64,000 nucleotides of DNA from Promethearchaeia archaeon (lineage in GTDB: Archaea; Asgardarchaeota; Lokiarchaeia; Sigyniarchaeales; SOKP01). Positions 59,906 to 64,000 of this stretch are shown piece after piece. Position 1 is the stretch's first letter; each line of letters opens with the position of its first letter. Under the pieces are notes generated by a model. That model searched no databases. It saw nothing but the letters and a program-made list of their open reading frames with translations, and had not been told where the DNA came from. The position numbers and the translations under genes are program-made. The DNA lies in the NCBI GenBank assembly GCA_046483985.1, contig JAWOCD010000084.1:1-64000 (forward strand), given 5' to 3'.

Positions 59906-61084
59906 ATGGAAAAAGAAGGTTTAGCCAAGAAGAGGATCATGGAAATCTTAGAGGAAAAATTAGCGAAAGATTATTCCTACGGTGAGGGGGCTATTTTAGG
60001 GTCAATGTGTACGAAGCCTAATAAATTTGGAAAAAAAATATATTGTAAATATATCGAGAAGAATTTAGGGGACCCCGGCTTATTTAAAGGAACATATGAG
60101 TTGGAAAATCAATTAGTGGAAGAGATTGGGAGATTATTTAACGGAGAAGACATAATTGGAAGTTTTACTACGGGAGGATCTGAGGCAAATATCATTGCAA
60201 TGCGAATTGCAAAAGAACTAAGAAAAGATATACAGAATCCAGAGTTTATTATCCCAGAATCTGCTCATGCCTCGTTTGATAAGGGGGGGGAACTTTTAGG
60301 AATAAAACTACGAAAAGCAAGGTTGAATGAGAATTATCAAGTGGATTTAGAACATTTTAAATCCTTGATTAATGAAAATACTTGCGGGGTCTTAGGAATT
60401 GCAGGAACTACCTCATTAGGAGTAGTAGATCCCATAGAAAAGATAGGACAGATGATAAAAGATAGGAACATTTTTTTTCATGTTGATGCGGCTTTTGGGG
60501 GATTTGTTCTTCCTTTTTTAGATGAAAAGAAAAATAAAATACCAGCGTGGGATTTTCGTGTAAAAAATGTAGATTCCATAACCGCAGACCCTCATAAAAT
60601 GGGGATGGGGATAATTCCGAGCGGAGGTTATTTTCTTCGAAATGAATCAATTTTGGATAGTACCGGATTCGAAATACCCTATTTGGCGGGAGGGAACATA
60701 AAACATCTTCATATTGTAGGGACAAGAGCTGGCGGTCCCGTTATCGCATTTTGGTCAATAATGAAATATCTTGGACAAAAAGGCTTTAGAGAAATTATAG
60801 AAAAATGTATGAACAAAACATATTATTTAGTTAAACGAATATCGGAGGTGGACGGGATAAAGATTAAGAGAAAACCTGTAATGAATGTTTTGGGATTAAC
60901 GACAGAAGGGGGAGAAGACATTTGTCAAGTTGACAAGGAATTACGTAAAAGAGATTGGATGCTTGGTAAATTTACAACCTTAAATCTTATAAGAATTGTT
61001 GTAATGCCACATGTAAAAAAAGAGCATCTCGATAATTTTATCAAGGAATTAAAGGATATTATGCACAAACTTGATTTTGGTTAA
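59906..61084 (+). CDS. mfnA: L-tyrosine/L-aspartate decarboxylase
   Basis: ILGSMCT, NLGDPGLF, HVDAAFGG, ADPHKMG. Confidence 0.93.
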   Translation: MEKEGLAKKRIMEILEEKLAKDYSYGEGAILGSMCTKPNKFGKKIYCKYIEKNLGDPGLFKGTYELENQLVEEIGRLFNGEDIIGSFTTGGSEANIIAMRIAKELRKDIQNPEFIIPESAHASFDKGGELLGIKLRKARLNENYQVDLEHFKSLINENTCGVLGIAGTTSLGVVDPIEKIGQMIKDRNIFFHVDAAFGGFVLPFLDEKKNKIPAWDFRVKNVDSITADPHKMGMGIIPSGGYFLRNESILDSTGFEIPYLAGGNIKHLHIVGTRAGGPVIAFWSIMKYLGQKGFREIIEKCMNKTYYLVKRISEVDGIKIKRKPVMNVLGLTTEGGEDICQVDKELRKRDWMLGKFTTLNLIRIVVMPHVKKEHLDNFIKELKDIMHKLDFG

Positions 61085-61100
61085 CGTGTACACGTGTATT

Positions 61101-61730
61101 TTATTCCTTTAAATCTTCCCAATTCGAGATTTCGAACAATTTTACATCCGATTGAATGATCTTTTTTAATTTATCCAGTTTATCGATGATTAGCCTATCC
61201 GATTTATTATCGCTTTCATATACGAAAAGTAAATCGTTGTTTTCCCAATCTTTATTATTAAGTTCATTGAGGATTCTATCACACTTCTTTTGAATGCCTT
61301 TCAGGGCTTTATTGGGAATGTTTGGATTAATGGTCTTATAATCTTCAAAAAATAGTGGTCCTCCTGTGACTATAATCTGTCGGGGGTCTATACCAATTTT
61401 TTTCAAAATCTTTTTTGAAGAATTTGCCGAAACCATAATTACCGTATCTTTATCATATCTTTCCAATAAATCTGCTTTAAAGTCCTTTTCTCCTTGAAGG
61501 GTGCTTGACATATTTAAATATTCTGCAAATATGGGGGCCAACTTCTCGTAAAGTTGGTTTAGATATTCTTTAAATTCCTCCTCTTGGGAGGGGGTTAATT
61601 GATACGTTGGAACAATTTTTCTTATCATTGTTTTAATTTGAATTAAATCATCTAATGCATCTAATAAACTAGCGACTGAGTTATCAGATAAAGATTTAAC
61701 ATGCTTTGAATTCATCCTTATTCTCTCCAT
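61101..61730 (-). CDS. DUF2100-like protein
   Basis: KKILKKIGIDP..IIVTGGPL..DYK.INP. Confidence 0.7.
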   Translation of the reverse strand: MERIRMNSKHVKSLSDNSVASLLDALDDLIQIKTMIRKIVPTYQLTPSQEEEFKEYLNQLYEKLAPIFAEYLNMSSTLQGEKDFKADLLERYDKDTVIMVSANSSKKILKKIGIDPRQIIVTGGPLFFEDYKTINPNIPNKALKGIQKKCDRILNELNNKDWENNDLLFVYESDNKSDRLIIDKLDKLKKIIQSDVKLFEISNWEDLKE

Positions 61731-61896
61731 TATACAGTTATTATCTTATATAATGCACTATTTAAAAAAAACATATTATCATATAAGAAGCTTTAAAAGA
61801 ATGTTTTTAATTAGAAAAATATATTTAATGCATTTGATAATATAATAATATTAGATTGAGTTGAATCCGAATAAATCTTGGGATTTTTGAATTAAC

Positions 61897-62649
61897 ATGG
61901 GAAAAGAAAAACCTAAATTAAAAGTCAAAACAAGCCGTTATTTTACGAAAGCATGTAATAAGTGTAAAAAAGAGTATCCTAATTGGTTTACTAATTGCCC
62001 ATATTGCGGAACTCCGTGGCACGCAGAATCTACTCAAGAAAATAGGGTTTTACAACAAAAAGAAAAAAAGAAAAAGAAAACCATAAAGATTGTCGTTAAA
62101 ATAGCGGAAGATGATTTTGACGAGGGAATAGTAAAAGTACAGCTCATTTTTAGCGCAGATAAAGGACAATCTTGGTATAAATTGGATATGGATTCAAAAC
62201 GGGATTATTATATTGCAGAAATAGCAGAAGTGCCCATCCATTCGGTAATCATTTATTATATGGAAGTATTTCTGGAAAACGGAGAAAAAATCATCGAAAA
62301 TAATGAAGGACAATATTATTTCTACGAAGTGGGCGGACCGATTAAGAAAGAACCAGAACGGAAACCCTCCCTTGAATCAAAACCAGTTCAAAGATCTCAT
62401 GAGAATTTACAAACTCAAAAATCAGAATACCAAGAAGAGCCCGGAAGAGAATCCACTCAATCCAATGAGCAATCCACAACACAAGAGATGAAAACGGTAT
62501 CAAACCCGCAAACCCAAAAGCAAACTAAAACAATTTTTGGAACCCCTCAAGTTAAAAAAGAAACAAATCTCAAAGTGTGCCCTTATTGTGACTCGAAAAT
62601 TAAAAAAATGTGGCAAACATGCCCAATTTGTGGCAACAAAATTGAATAA
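61897..62649 (+). CDS. Protein with N- and C-terminal zinc ribbons and a central beta-sandwich
   Basis: CNKC..CPYC and CPYC..CPIC; beta-rich middle; Q/E/T linker. Confidence 0.75.
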   Translation: MGKEKPKLKVKTSRYFTKACNKCKKEYPNWFTNCPYCGTPWHAESTQENRVLQQKEKKKKKTIKIVVKIAEDDFDEGIVKVQLIFSADKGQSWYKLDMDSKRDYYIAEIAEVPIHSVIIYYMEVFLENGEKIIENNEGQYYFYEVGGPIKKEPERKPSLESKPVQRSHENLQTQKSEYQEEPGRESTQSNEQSTTQEMKTVSNPQTQKQTKTIFGTPQVKKETNLKVCPYCDSKIKKMWQTCPICGNKIE

Positions 62650-62729
62650 GCTTGTTTTAAGAATAGAAAATAAAAAGAGATAAAAGAGTTTAAAGAAAGC
62701 CCTATTTTTTGGACTTTAATAGTATAGTA

Positions 62730-64000
62730 CTAATCGATCTTAGCCCCACATTTATTACAGTATGCATAATTTTTATTAAGCATAGCCCCACACTGTTTGC
62801 AAATAACAATTTCTTTCTTTTTTTCTGATTTCTGGACTTCTTGAGCTTTTTGGGTCTTTTGGGCTCTTTGAGCTTCTTGGGTCTTTTGGGCTCTTTGAGC
62901 TTCTTGAGATTCTTGGGTTGATTCTTCCGATTTAAAGGGAACGGACTCCTCCTCTATATTCTCAGCATTTGGTATGACTTCAAGGTTTGAACTTTTTTCT
63001 TTTGCTTTCTCCTTACTGGAAATAAACGGAACAAAAGGAGAAACTGGTTTTTTATCTTCTGTTGCTTTTTGCGTTGTCTGCAAGGTATCTAATAATGAAG
63101 GAGGGCGTTTTTTCTTGGTTTTTTTGGTTTTAATTTTTTTCTCTTTTCTTCTTTTCTTTTTTTCTTTCTTCTTTTTCTTCTTCTGTTCTGAAAGACCTGC
63201 TTGAGGCAGGTAATCCACTAATGAATCAGATTTTTCTTGTGAGGGGGTCTCACCTCCTTGACCTCCTGCAGTAAATGGCATACTTGCGGACTTTTCCTCG
63301 GCAATTTCTGTTGCTGCTGGTTGTTGAAAATCTGTAGGACCTTGTGTGGGAACAGGTGTCTTTCCCGAAAATGGAACCGCTTTTGGTTTAAATTTTTCTT
63401 GAGTGTCTTCTTGATTAACCAGTTCGGCTTTTTGTCCGCTTTCTTTTCCTCCAAGAATCTCATCTGGTTTTTTGAATTCAAATTCTTGAGAGGTGGTGTC
63501 CATTTCTGGAGGCTGCTGAGAATTCGGCTCCGGCTCGGGTTCTACCTCCGGTGTTGCCTTTGTTCCCGTGGGCTCCGGTACATCCGGTGCTGAAAAATCA
63601 ATCTCCGGCTCCGGCTCCGGCTCCGGCTCTGGCTCGGGTTCTACCTCCGGTGTTGCCTTTGTTCCCGTGGGCTCCGGTACATCCGGTGCTGAAAAATCAA
63701 TCTCCGGCTCTGGCTCTGGCTCCGGCTCGGGTTCTACCTCCGGTGTTGCCTTTGTTCCCGTGGGCTCCGGTACATCCGGTGCTGAGCTTACAGAAGGTTG
63801 CGCCACCTCCGCTTGTGCTGGTTGAGCTCCGGGAGATTTGTATTGAGTAACTTGGCCAGGACTTGCAACAGTACCAGCTGAAATTAATTTATCCGGCACA
63901 TCTGCTCCAACCATTAGATGTGCGAGAATAGAAAAGCAATCTCCCACACCTTCTCCCGTCTTTGCAGAGGTTTCCATATAATATAAATTAAAATCTTGAG
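62730..64000 (-). CDS. Small GTPase (partial, start beyond window) with long low-complexity tail and C-terminal zinc ribbon
   Basis: YYMETSAKTGEGV G5 motif, frame open to the edge; CKQC..CNKC. Confidence 0.8.
   Translation of the reverse strand, partial: QDFNLYYMETSAKTGEGVGDCFSILAHLMVGADVPDKLISAGTVASPGQVTQYKSPGAQPAQAEVAQPSVSSAPDVPEPTGTKATPEVEPEPEPEPEPEIDFSAPDVPEPTGTKATPEVEPEPEPEPEPEPEIDFSAPDVPEPTGTKATPEVEPEPEPNSQQPPEMDTTSQEFEFKKPDEILGGKESGQKAELVNQEDTQEKFKPKAVPFSGKTPVPTQGPTDFQQPAATEIAEEKSASMPFTAGGQGGETPSQEKSDSLVDYLPQAGLSEQKKKKKKEKKKRRKEKKIKTKKTKKKRPPSLLDTLQTTQKATEDKKPVSPFVPFISSKEKAKEKSSNLEVIPNAENIEEESVPFKSEESTQESQEAQRAQKTQEAQRAQKTQKAQEVQKSEKKKEIVICKQCGAMLNKNYAYCNKCGAKID
62835..62907. repeat. 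27-bp coding tandem repeat (QEAQRAQKT)
   Basis: Two full copies plus a partial copy. Confidence 0.8.
63525..63786. repeat. Three near-identical ~93-99 bp coding repeats with variable (EP)n tracts
   Basis: SAPDVPEPTGTKATPEV(EP)n three times. Confidence 0.92.

Noticed and set aside
1-64000. CRISPR array, rRNA or prophage
   Set aside because: No repeat-spacer array, rRNA-like segment or viral hallmark gene seen

Overview
AT-rich archaeal chromosome segment, almost certainly from an Asgard archaeon (Lokiarchaeia-like). Support: unsplit Rpo2, PolD, Elf1, a roadblock-Rab-like GTPase fusion, a longin-like protein and an OST5/TMEM258-like protein. Most of the window is core machinery: candidate oriC with cdc6 and PolD DP1/DP2 (DP2 has a Gln-terminated intein), rpo5/rpo2, TFE, MBF1, PAN, NAC, pelota, RtcB/archease, CarS, Cbf5, NrdD, MfnA and three tRNAs, each with a 30-nt non-canonical intron. 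Two regions stand out. (1) A tightly packed eight-gene minus-strand operon (3680-12646) of uncharacterised proteins, including an AAA+ ATPase, a short ATPase-degenerate SMC-like protein and an NSE3/MAGE-like KITE protein. (2) A putative membrane/actin-remodelling neighbourhood: a BAR-like protein, a coiled-coil/polyproline/VASP-FAB-like protein, and a 50-aa WH2-like microprotein absent from the ORF track. Also present: two AN1 zinc finger-fused intramembrane protease-family genes, TnpB and IS200 tnpA remnants, two pseudogenes, and evidence for ATT initiation. All family assignments come from motif recognition by eye, not from database searches.
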